Shown here piece by piece: positions 1 to 7,190 of a stretch of 14,859 bases of DNA (positions within the stretch are counted from its first letter, which is position 1; each line of letters starts with the position of its first letter). Made by a program: the position numbers and the translations under genes. The stretch is from Candidatus Iainarchaeum sp. (GTDB lineage: Archaea > Iainarchaeota > Iainarchaeia > Iainarchaeales > CSSED10-239), in assembly GCA_028700905.1 (NCBI GenBank), contig JAQVRT010000012.1, positions 1-14,859 of the forward strand. Direction: 5' to 3'. Under the pieces are notes generated by a model that saw only the letters and a program-made list of their open reading frames with translations, made no database searches and had not been told where the DNA came from.

Positions 1-147
1 TTTTTTAAGATTTATTCTATATTCTTTAAGTATATTAAAAAATTCATTATAAGAAATTTGTTTATCTACTTTTACATCTTTTTTAATTCTTTCTTTAATT
101 TTTCTTAAGTTTTGTTTCTTTAAAACACTTCTATTATTTGGTTTCAT
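1..147 (-). CDS. hypothetical protein, N-terminal fragment (ORF runs off the left edge)
   Basis: A reverse-strand ATG at 147..145 opens a frame with no stop down to base 1. It gives 49 codons: MKPNNRSVLKKQNLRKIKERIKKDVKVDKQISYNEFFNILKEYRINLKK. It begins 15 nt after the stop of the 163..636 gene on the same strand, which looks operon-like. It is absent from the supplied ORF track because it is truncated. No family recognised and the SD is weak. Confidence 0.35.
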   Translation of the reverse strand, partial: MKPNNRSVLKKQNLRKIKERIKKDVKVDKQISYNEFFNILKEYRINLKK

Positions 148-162
148 AATTTTAGCACATTT

Positions 163-636
163 TTAATTTAATTTAGGATCTTTAGGTTTATATTTTTTTT
201 CAATTTTTTCAATAAAAGAATTTAATATTGGTTCAATTTCTTCAATAAATTCTATTTTTAGTCCTTTTCTAGATAATTGTTTAATATCTTTTATATAATC
301 ATTAATAAAAGCATCATGATATTTTTCTTTAAAATTTGGTTCTGAATAAATAAATTTAGATGTAAGTATTTCTTTTGATTTACTTAAAAAAATATCATTA
401 GATATTTTTATTAAATTCATATATTTTTTTGTAATTTTTTTTGCCTTCTCTGCATCTTTAAATCTACCATTACTATATAATACTCTAAGTCTTGAATCTA
501 GAATATCTAGATTAGTTTGTTCTTTTAAATATTTAATATCAATCTCACCAGATTTTTTACTCAAAAATGTTTTATATCTCTTAACATTTGGTTTAAATTT
601 TTTTTTAGTTGATATTTTAATATTTTTTGAAACCAT
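163..636 (-). CDS. hypothetical Lys-rich, predicted all-helical protein
   Basis: 157 aa ORF. An SD-like GGTG (mRNA GATGGTGTAAATT-ATG) lies about 7 nt upstream. Codon bias matches the neighbouring genes. No conserved motif recognised. Confidence 0.6.
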   Translation of the reverse strand: MVSKNIKISTKKKFKPNVKRYKTFLSKKSGEIDIKYLKEQTNLDILDSRLRVLYSNGRFKDAEKAKKITKKYMNLIKISNDIFLSKSKEILTSKFIYSEPNFKEKYHDAFINDYIKDIKQLSRKGLKIEFIEEIEPILNSFIEKIEKKYKPKDPKLN

Positions 637-744
637 AATTTACACCATCTATCTTTTAATATATTAAATAGTAAAACAAAAAGTATTTTAAACCTAATTA
701 TACAACATTAATTTGCAAATATAAAAATAAGGGGTTTTTATAAC

Positions 745-2091
745 ATGTATGATGTAATTATAGTTGGTGCAGGACCTGCTGGTTTATTTTCTGCTTTAAA
801 ATTTTCACAAGAAAATAAAAATTTAAAAGTACTTTTAATAGATAAAGGAAATTTAGTTGAAAATAGACAAAAAACAGAAGTTATGAATGGTTTTGGTGGA
901 GCTGGAACTTTTTCTGATGGAAAACTTCATTTTACACCAGTTCTTTCTCATGAGAAACTTTTACATCTCTATACAGTCTCAGAATATCAAAAATATTTAG
1001 ATACTGTTGAAAAAATATTTTTAGATTATGGAGTTAATCCAGAATACTATCCAAAAGATTTATCAAAAGCTAAAGATTTAGTTGACACTGCTGAAAGAAA
1101 CAATATTAAACTATTTATTAGAAAAACATTACATGTTGGAACAGATAAACTTCCAAAAATTATTAAAAAAATGCAAGATGATATTTTAAATAACAATATA
1201 GAACTTTTACCAAATACAGAAATTAAAGATTTAATTATTGAAGAAAATATAATAAAAGGTGTAGTTACAAAAGAAAATAAAGAAATTTTAGGTAAATATG
1301 TAATTTGTGCACCTGGAAGATATAATGCTTCCTGGATTGAAAAAATTACAAATAAATATAATATCAAAACTGTTTATGATAAAATAGAAGTTGGTGTAAG
1401 AGTTGAATTTCCAGCATCTATTAACAATGGTCACTCAGAATTAATGTATGAAACTATTTATTCACTTTATACAAAAACTTTTGATGATGTTGTTAGAACT
1501 TTTTGTCCATGTCCAAAAGGTTTTGTTGCAATTGAAGATTATAAAGATTATGTTTGTGTTAATGGTTATTCAAATTCTAATAATGATGGTAAAAATTCTA
1601 ATTTTGCATTAGTTGTAGAAGTTGCTTTAACAAAACCTTTAGAATCTTCTAGAAAATATGCTGAATTTATAGCTCAAGGTGTAACTCTCTTAGGAGCTGG
1701 TAAACCAATAATTCAAAGATTTAAAGATTTAAAACAAGGTAGAAGATCAACTCCTGAAAGAATCTTAAAAGCACATATAGAACCTTCTTTAAAAGAGGCT
1801 GTTCCTGGAGATATTGGTATGGCAATGCCTTACAGAATCACTAAAAATCTAATAGAAGGTATTGAAGCTCTTTCAAAAATTTTACCAGGTCTTGATGGAG
1901 ATTCAACTTTTTTATATGCTCCAGAAGTTAAATTTAGATCTACAAAAGTTTTTACAAATAAAAAACTTGAAACAGAAATTGAAAATTTGTTTATGGCAGG
2001 AGACGGAGCTGGAGTTTCAGGAAATATTGTTGGAGCTGCAATTTCTGGAATTATTGCTGCAGAAGGAATTATAAGTAAGGAATTTTCCTAA
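745..2091 (+). CDS. FAD-dependent dehydrogenase/oxidoreductase of the uncharacterised COG2509 type
   Basis: 448 aa. It has an N-terminal dinucleotide-binding motif VIIVGAGPAGL and a GGAGTFSDGKL motif typical of this family. The C-terminal FAD motif is LFMAGDGAGVSGNIVGAAISG. An SD-like AAGGGG lies about 10 nt upstream. The substrate of this family is not established. Confidence 0.85.
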   Translation: MYDVIIVGAGPAGLFSALKFSQENKNLKVLLIDKGNLVENRQKTEVMNGFGGAGTFSDGKLHFTPVLSHEKLLHLYTVSEYQKYLDTVEKIFLDYGVNPEYYPKDLSKAKDLVDTAERNNIKLFIRKTLHVGTDKLPKIIKKMQDDILNNNIELLPNTEIKDLIIEENIIKGVVTKENKEILGKYVICAPGRYNASWIEKITNKYNIKTVYDKIEVGVRVEFPASINNGHSELMYETIYSLYTKTFDDVVRTFCPCPKGFVAIEDYKDYVCVNGYSNSNNDGKNSNFALVVEVALTKPLESSRKYAEFIAQGVTLLGAGKPIIQRFKDLKQGRRSTPERILKAHIEPSLKEAVPGDIGMAMPYRITKNLIEGIEALSKILPGLDGDSTFLYAPEVKFRSTKVFTNKKLETEIENLFMAGDGAGVSGNIVGAAISGIIAAEGIISKEFS

Positions 2092-2135
2092 TTAAATAAT
2101 TTATTTTAAAAACTAATATTAATAATAAAATACAT

Positions 2136-2759
2136 ATGACTGAAGAAAAAATATTAATTGATAGAGATACTTTAAAAGCAATTGCTTCGGATACAAGATT
2201 AGATATTTTAAAGTCTTTATCTAAGAGGAAAAAAACTCTTTCAGAGTTATCAAAAGTATTAGATTTAAAAAGTCCAACAATTAAAGAACATTTAGATCAT
2301 TTAATTAATTCTAATTTAGTTTTAAAAGAAGAAACAGAATCTAAATGGAAATATTATTCTTTAACTGATAAAGGTTCAAAATTAATTAAACCAAGAGAAA
2401 TAAAAGTCTTAATTTCTTTTGTAGTCTCTTTTATATCAACATTAGGCCTTATTGGGTTATATTTAATTAAATATGTTTTTTCTTCATCTAAATCAATGAT
2501 GGCTTCTTCAGATTCTATTGCATCAGACATGATAATGTCAAAATCAATTGAAGAAACAATAATGGATACTGCCTCTCAAACAGTTTCACAAGAAATTTCA
2601 CAAGCACCTCCAATGATTATTTCAAACACTTCAAATAATACAGAAACATTAATGATAATTGCTATTGGTATTTTACTATCTTTAACAGTATTTTCTTTAA
2701 TCTTATTAATTAAAGATAAACAAAAAAGAAAAAAAGAATGTGTTTCTGTTATTGATTAA
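2136..2759 (+). CDS. membrane-anchored ArsR-type winged helix-turn-helix transcription regulator
   Basis: 207 aa. Residues about 10-85 match the ArsR/SmtB wHTH pattern (LKAIASDTRLDILKSL...KTLSELSKVLDLKSPTIKEHLDHLINSNLVLKEE...KYYSLTDKG). Two hydrophobic helices (about 90-115 and 172-192) follow. They flank a Ser/Thr/Met-rich loop of about 56 aa. The protein ends in a basic tail. Confidence 0.8.
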   Translation: MTEEKILIDRDTLKAIASDTRLDILKSLSKRKKTLSELSKVLDLKSPTIKEHLDHLINSNLVLKEETESKWKYYSLTDKGSKLIKPREIKVLISFVVSFISTLGLIGLYLIKYVFSSSKSMMASSDSIASDMIMSKSIEETIMDTASQTVSQEISQAPPMIISNTSNNTETLMIIAIGILLSLTVFSLILLIKDKQKRKKECVSVID

Positions 2760-2841
2760 ACATTTTTTAAAAACAAATATTTATAAATTCTTTCTTCTTA
2801 TTTATAATTAGTTAAATAATTATTAAGAGGATTGATGTAAT

Positions 2842-3105
2842 ATGGATTTTTGGGTAATGTTAGGTCTTACTTTAATTGTTTTTGGATGGATGATTCAATT
2901 ACTTGAAGTTTGGGAACTTGATAAAAAAATTAATATTTGGTTTATTTTTTTCTATGCTTTAGGTTCAATTTGTTTAGTTATTGATGGTTTTATTGCAAAA
3001 AATTTAGACGTTGCTTTATTTAATATTTTAGCAGTAATTTTTTCAGGTCTAATTTTTGCAGTAATTCTTTCAAATTCTACAAAAAAGAAAACTAAAAAAA
3101 AATAA
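2842..3105 (+). CDS. small integral membrane protein (3 predicted TM helices)
   Basis: 87 aa with three hydrophobic segments and a Lys-rich tail (STKKKTKKK). SD AAGAGGA sits at 2825..2831. The size and 3-TM layout recall PQ-loop/SemiSWEET-like or LAB_N-like modules. The PQ motif is not present, so I make no family call. Confidence 0.6.
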   Translation: MDFWVMLGLTLIVFGWMIQLLEVWELDKKINIWFIFFYALGSICLVIDGFIAKNLDVALFNILAVIFSGLIFAVILSNSTKKKTKKK

Positions 3106-3114
3106 AGATCAACA

Positions 3115-3474
3115 ATGATTCCAGAAATAATTAAAGATACAGAATATGTTGTTTCTGGAGTCACAGATATTTTTGTAAAGGCAATTACAGGTATTGTTTT
3201 AGCTTTTTTATTTTTAATTTTTAGTAGATATTTAGATGTTGTATTTGGTGTTTATTGGCTTTCAAATCATTATATCTTTTTATTTGGAATTATTATTTTT
3301 AGTTTTTATCATATTTTTGTAAATTATAAACAATTTACAGCCTATTATTTATTAGGATGGATTCTTGGTATTTTTGGTATGGTTGTAATAAATCTAATTA
3401 CAACTTCTAAAGCTTTAATATATATTGCAATTCCTTTAGTTGTTCTTGCAATAAGAAGATTATTATTTCATTAA
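3115..3474 (+). CDS. integral membrane protein of unknown function (about 4 TM helices)
   Basis: 119 aa and strongly hydrophobic. It starts 9 nt after the preceding stop, so it is probably co-transcribed. No family recognised. Confidence 0.6.
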   Translation: MIPEIIKDTEYVVSGVTDIFVKAITGIVLAFLFLIFSRYLDVVFGVYWLSNHYIFLFGIIIFSFYHIFVNYKQFTAYYLLGWILGIFGMVVINLITTSKALIYIAIPLVVLAIRRLLFH

Positions 3475-3536
3475 TTTTAAACAAAATTATTAAATACTTT
3501 TAGTATTATAGTTATAATATATAAAAATGATTATTT

Positions 3537-4853
3537 ATGAAAAATCCATTACAGTTTATAAAAGAAAGTTCAATTAAAGAAAGAGCAAAAAGTATTAGTC
3601 ATCTTTTACATAGTAAATTATATTTAAAAGTATTAATTGCTTTATTTTTTGGTATTTTAGTAGGATTTATTTTAGGTCCAACATTTGGTTTTGTTTCAAC
3701 TGATTTTTCTAAAATTATTACCGAATGGCTTGCTCTTCCAGGATATGTTTTTTTAAGTTTAATACAAATGATTGTTATTCCTTTAATTTTTGCATCTATA
3801 ATAAAAGGTATTGCTTCTAATGAATCTTCTTCTAAATTAAAGAAAATAGGATTATCTATTACAATTTATTTTATAATTACAACTGTAATAGCAATAATAA
3901 TTGGTATTGGTGTTGCAAATATTATTCAACCTGGAAAATTTATAACTTCTGATCAAATATCTTCAATAAATGTAGATAATTCTCAAGAAGTTGTTACAAC
4001 TGAGATGCCAAAAATTGAAAATATTCCTGAAATGATAGGAGATATTTTTCCAAAAAATGTTTTAAGTTCTATGCTTAAAGGGGATATGCTACCTATAGTT
4101 ATTTTTTCAATAATTTTTGGTATTGCTTTAATAAATCTTAAAAAAACTCAATCAAAGCCATTACTTGATGTTTTAAGTTCAATTCAAGATGTTTCAATAA
4201 TGATTGTTAAGTGGGCAATGGTTCTTGCGCCTTTAGCAGTTTTTGGACTTATGGCAAAAATAAGTAGCCAGTTTGGAATAAGTACTCTTGTAGGTTTAGG
4301 TGTCTATATTCTAACAGTAATGCTTGGTCTTTTGTTATTAATAGTTATATATTTATTAATAGTTTATTTTTCAACAAAACAAAAACCTTTTACTTTTTTA
4401 GGTAAAATTTCTGAAGTACAATTACTTGCTTTTTCAACTTCAAGTTCAGCAGTTGTAATGCCTTTATCAATAAAAACTGCAGAAGATAATTTAAAGATTA
4501 GAAAATCAATTTCACAATTTATAATTCCTTTAGGAACAACAATTAATATGGATGGTACTGCTCTTTATCAAGCAATTGCTACAATTTTTTTAGCACAAGT
4601 TTTTGGTATTGAAATTAGTTTTTTAGCTTTAGTTTTACTTATTATAACAATTATAGGTGCATCTATTGGAACTCCAGGAACTCCAGGAGTTGGAATTGTA
4701 ATTCTTTCTATGGCTTTAACAACTGTTGGTGTTCCATTATCAGGAATTGCTTTAATTATTGGAGTTGATAGAATCCTTGATATGATGAGAACAACTGTAA
4801 ATGTTACTGGAGATTTAACAGCAGCAACTTTTATAAATAAAATAATTAAGTGA
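3537..4853 (+). CDS. dicarboxylate/amino acid:cation symporter (DAACS family, GltPh/GltP-like)
   Basis: 438 aa with the hallmark DAACS motifs. These are the HP1 serine motif FSTSSSAVVMPL, TM7 NMDGTALYQ, HP2 ASIGTPGTPGVG and TM8 DRILDMMRTTVNVTGD. TM8 retains the Arg associated with acidic substrates in GltPh/EAAT transporters. The gene ends with TGA. Confidence 0.93.
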   Translation: MKNPLQFIKESSIKERAKSISHLLHSKLYLKVLIALFFGILVGFILGPTFGFVSTDFSKIITEWLALPGYVFLSLIQMIVIPLIFASIIKGIASNESSSKLKKIGLSITIYFIITTVIAIIIGIGVANIIQPGKFITSDQISSINVDNSQEVVTTEMPKIENIPEMIGDIFPKNVLSSMLKGDMLPIVIFSIIFGIALINLKKTQSKPLLDVLSSIQDVSIMIVKWAMVLAPLAVFGLMAKISSQFGISTLVGLGVYILTVMLGLLLLIVIYLLIVYFSTKQKPFTFLGKISEVQLLAFSTSSSAVVMPLSIKTAEDNLKIRKSISQFIIPLGTTINMDGTALYQAIATIFLAQVFGIEISFLALVLLIITIIGASIGTPGTPGVGIVILSMALTTVGVPLSGIALIIGVDRILDMMRTTVNVTGDLTAATFINKIIK

Positions 4854-4863
4854 TTATTAAAAT

Positions 4864-5418
4864 ATGTATTCTTTATTATTCTTAACAATTTATGTTTTAA
4901 TTTATTATTTTATTATTTATAAAAAAACAAAACATTTAGATCTTACAAAAGAAACTATTGAAATGTTTAAAACTGATTTTGCAACTTCTTTTTACATCTC
5001 AATTTTCTATTTAGTTTTAATGGTTTCTTTAGTTTATTATGTTTTTTTTACAAATTTTTTTAAATTAGAAATTTTAGATATTCTTGGTGTTTTTTTAATT
5101 GTTTTTTCAGGATTAATTGAATATCAAGGAATAATTAGTTTAAAAGATAATTATTATCCTCAAGTTGGTATGGAAAAATATTTAGTTACTAATGGTATTT
5201 TCAAATATATAAGACATCCAATCTATTTATCAGGTATTTTTTTAGGAACTGGTATTATTATTCTTTTTTCAAAAGAAATTTTTATTTATCTATTTATAGT
5301 AATTATTATAACTATTATTTATAAAGTAGAATCTGAAGAAAGATATTTGCTTAAAAGATTTAAAGAATATAAAAAATATACTAAAAAAAGTTATAAATTA
5401 ATACCTTATATTTATTAA
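4864..5418 (+). CDS. isoprenylcysteine carboxyl methyltransferase (ICMT) / phospholipid methyltransferase family membrane protein
   Basis: 184 aa, polytopic. The C-terminal signature is RHPIYLSGIF...ESEERYLLKRFKEYKKY, typical of ICMT/PEMT-type methyltransferases. It starts 10 nt after the symporter stop. A GTGAT SD overlaps that stop codon. Confidence 0.85.
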   Translation: MYSLLFLTIYVLIYYFIIYKKTKHLDLTKETIEMFKTDFATSFYISIFYLVLMVSLVYYVFFTNFFKLEILDILGVFLIVFSGLIEYQGIISLKDNYYPQVGMEKYLVTNGIFKYIRHPIYLSGIFLGTGIIILFSKEIFIYLFIVIIITIIYKVESEERYLLKRFKEYKKYTKKSYKLIPYIY

Positions 5419-5483
5419 AAAAAAGAAAGTATTTAATAGTAGTTTATACTTAAATATCTATATAATTTTAATGTGATAAAACT

Positions 5484-6479
5484 ATGATAGAAACTTATAA
5501 AGATTTTAAAAAATATGTTGCAATAGCTATAATATTGATTCTTTTTATATTTATGGTAAGATATCTTTGGCCACATGTAAATGGTTTTTTAGGTGCTTTT
5601 ATTTTATTTGCTTTATTTTTACCATTACATTTATTTTTAACTAAAAAACTTAATTTAAATAAAAATTTATCTGCTATTTTAATAATTATCATAACTTTGT
5701 TAATTGTTATAATACCAAGTTACTTTATAGTTACTGAATCATATAATCAAGTAAAACAAATAACTTTAGAAAAAAATAAAATTATTACAGAAATAAGTAA
5801 ATTTGAAGAAAATTTTCCTGGACTTGAAATTTCAGATAAAGTAAATGAATATCTCCCAAGTTTTGCTAATTGGAGTGCAGATGTTTTGTTTAAAAGTATT
5901 AATAATGTAATAAAAACAATTATCACTTTAATTATAATGTATTTTATTTTATTCTATTTGTTAGTATATAATTCAGAATTATATAAAATATTAAGAGAAT
6001 ATCTTCCCTTTAATTCAAAAAATTCAATTCTTCTTGCAAAAGAATTTAAAAAAGTAACTTATGCAACTTTAATTTCAACTGGTCTTGTTGCAATTTTCCA
6101 AGGTTTATTATTAGGTTTAGGTTTCTGGGCACTTAATATTAAGGGTGCTGTTTTTTGGGGATTTCTAGCAGCAATACTATCTTTCTTACCTGTATTAGGT
6201 ATTCCTTTAATATGGGTTCCTTATGGTGTTGTATATTTAATTAAACATGATTATTTTACAGCTATTGCAATTTTAATTTTAGGGTTAATTATAAATTATT
6301 CTGAATTTTTCATAAGACCATATCTTCAAAAAAGAATAGGAGATTTACATCCATTAATTTCAATTATCGGAATATTTATTGGAATTCCTGCTTTTGGTTT
6401 TGTAGGTATTGTTATTGGTCCTTTAATCATTTCTTATTTTGTGTTAATATTTAGAATGTTTAAAGATGAATATTTATAA
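5484..6479 (+). CDS. AI-2E family transporter (PerM/UPF0118)
   Basis: 331 aa with about 8 TM helices. The family-typical segment is FLPVLGIPLIWVPYGV, followed by a C-terminal GIVIGPLI helix. GTGAT SD at 5473..5477 lies 6 nt before the ATG. Confidence 0.88.
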   Translation: MIETYKDFKKYVAIAIILILFIFMVRYLWPHVNGFLGAFILFALFLPLHLFLTKKLNLNKNLSAILIIIITLLIVIIPSYFIVTESYNQVKQITLEKNKIITEISKFEENFPGLEISDKVNEYLPSFANWSADVLFKSINNVIKTIITLIIMYFILFYLLVYNSELYKILREYLPFNSKNSILLAKEFKKVTYATLISTGLVAIFQGLLLGLGFWALNIKGAVFWGFLAAILSFLPVLGIPLIWVPYGVVYLIKHDYFTAIAILILGLIINYSEFFIRPYLQKRIGDLHPLISIIGIFIGIPAFGFVGIVIGPLIISYFVLIFRMFKDEYL

Positions 6480-6492
6480 AATAAAAAAAAAG

Positions 6493-6523
6493 AAAAATAA
6501 AGAATAATTATTTCTTTATTTTT
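6493..6523. terminator. A/T-rich hairpin between convergent genes (possible bidirectional terminator)
   Basis: AAAAATAAAGAA (6493..6504) and TTCTTTATTTTT (6512..6523) are perfect reverse complements around a 7-nt loop. A-runs and T-runs flank them on both sides. The stem has only one G:C pair, and the right arm overlaps the last codons of the minus-strand gene. It is therefore weak. Confidence 0.3.
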
Positions 6524-7104
6524 TTAGTTGTTTTTTTCTTTTTAGAAACTACTTTTTTAGGTTTAGTAGTAGTTTTCTTTTTAACAATTGGTTTTTCTTT
6601 CTTTGTAGATACTTTTTCTTTTTTACTAGGTTTATCAACCCATGCAACAACACCTAAAACAATTAAGTTTGCAAGGCTTACTAAAGTTAATAAACTTAAA
6701 GCACCGTGATAGTTTCTTTTTTCAAATATTTTCCATATCCAATATGTTCTAAAAGACACTAATATTAAAGTTCCAATTAAAATAAGTAAAGATAAAAACA
6801 TATTTATAAATGGAATTAGTGTAAATGGAAGGAAAAGTAAAGGTGTAACTATTGGAAGTAAAGCAATAAAACCCCATTCCCATCTTTCTTCAGCTATGAT
6901 TGGATAAAGAAAGTATTGCCCTATTGGTATCCATGCAAGAAAAGCGTATTTTGAGTTTAGTTTTTTTGCAATTGTATATAATGCAAATGCCTTATATAAA
7001 AATACTGCTAATAAAATTATTATTGCAAAATAAAACATAAACACTAATAAAGAACCAAACCCTAAACCAAAAAGAGTTCCTGTTAGTAATTCTTCAGTAA
7101 TCAT
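6508..7104 (-). CDS. polytopic membrane protein with a long Lys/Thr-rich C-terminal tail
   Basis: 198 aa. SD AGGAGAG lies about 9 nt upstream. Two copies of a motif are present: YTIAKKLNSKYAFLAWIPI... and IWKIFEKRNYHGALSLL.... The motif is seen in a widespread family of small membrane proteins of unknown function (WKIFEKAG...W.ALIP type). That identification is from memory, not verified. The last 41 residues contain 21 Lys. Confidence 0.7.
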   Translation of the reverse strand: MITEELLTGTLFGLGFGSLLVFMFYFAIIILLAVFLYKAFALYTIAKKLNSKYAFLAWIPIGQYFLYPIIAEERWEWGFIALLPIVTPLLFLPFTLIPFINMFLSLLILIGTLILVSFRTYWIWKIFEKRNYHGALSLLTLVSLANLIVLGVVAWVDKPSKKEKVSTKKEKPIVKKKTTTKPKKVVSKKKKTTKKIKK

Positions 7105-7190
7105 TTTAAATACTCTCCTATATAATTAATATATAGTTATTATACTAAAGTATTTATAAATATTTTCTTTAAATTAAAAAGTGTAAAAAT

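Noticed and set aside
1047-2074. Track ORFs 1047..1367 (-) and 1862..2074 (+) lie inside the FAD dehydrogenase gene.
   Set aside because: Both are fully embedded in, or antisense to, a gene with clear family motifs. Their translations are low-complexity Leu/Ile/Phe/Lys strings typical of off-frame reads of AT-rich coding DNA.
2835-2840. Start-stop mini-ORFs sit next to SD sequences: ATG TAA here, and ATG TAG at 11599..11594 on the minus strand.
   Set aside because: ATG followed by a stop is expected by chance in DNA this AT-rich. The spacing to the SD is too short here. Only the permease case (8479..8487) is kept as part of a finding, because it coincides with a missing canonical start.
2952-3164. 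A 70-aa minus-strand ORF spans the junction of the two small membrane protein genes.
   Set aside because: It is antisense to two co-oriented ORFs that have an SD signal and coherent TM patterns. It has no SD of its own and looks like a shadow ORF.
4668-4685. A perfect tandem 9-nt repeat GGAACTCCA GGAACTCCA encodes GTPGTP.
   Set aside because: It lies in the HP2 loop of the symporter. Homologues have a Gly/Pro-rich segment of the same length there (SIGTAGVPGAG type). It is therefore ordinary coding sequence, not an insertion or slippage expansion.
4568-4888. A 106-aa minus-strand ORF overlaps the 3' end of the symporter gene.
   Set aside because: It is antisense to the most conserved part of the DAACS protein (HP2/TM8 motifs), so it is a shadow ORF.
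5495-5692. A 65-aa minus-strand ORF lies inside the AI-2E transporter gene.
   Set aside because: It is an antisense shadow of a well-supported gene, with no translation signal.
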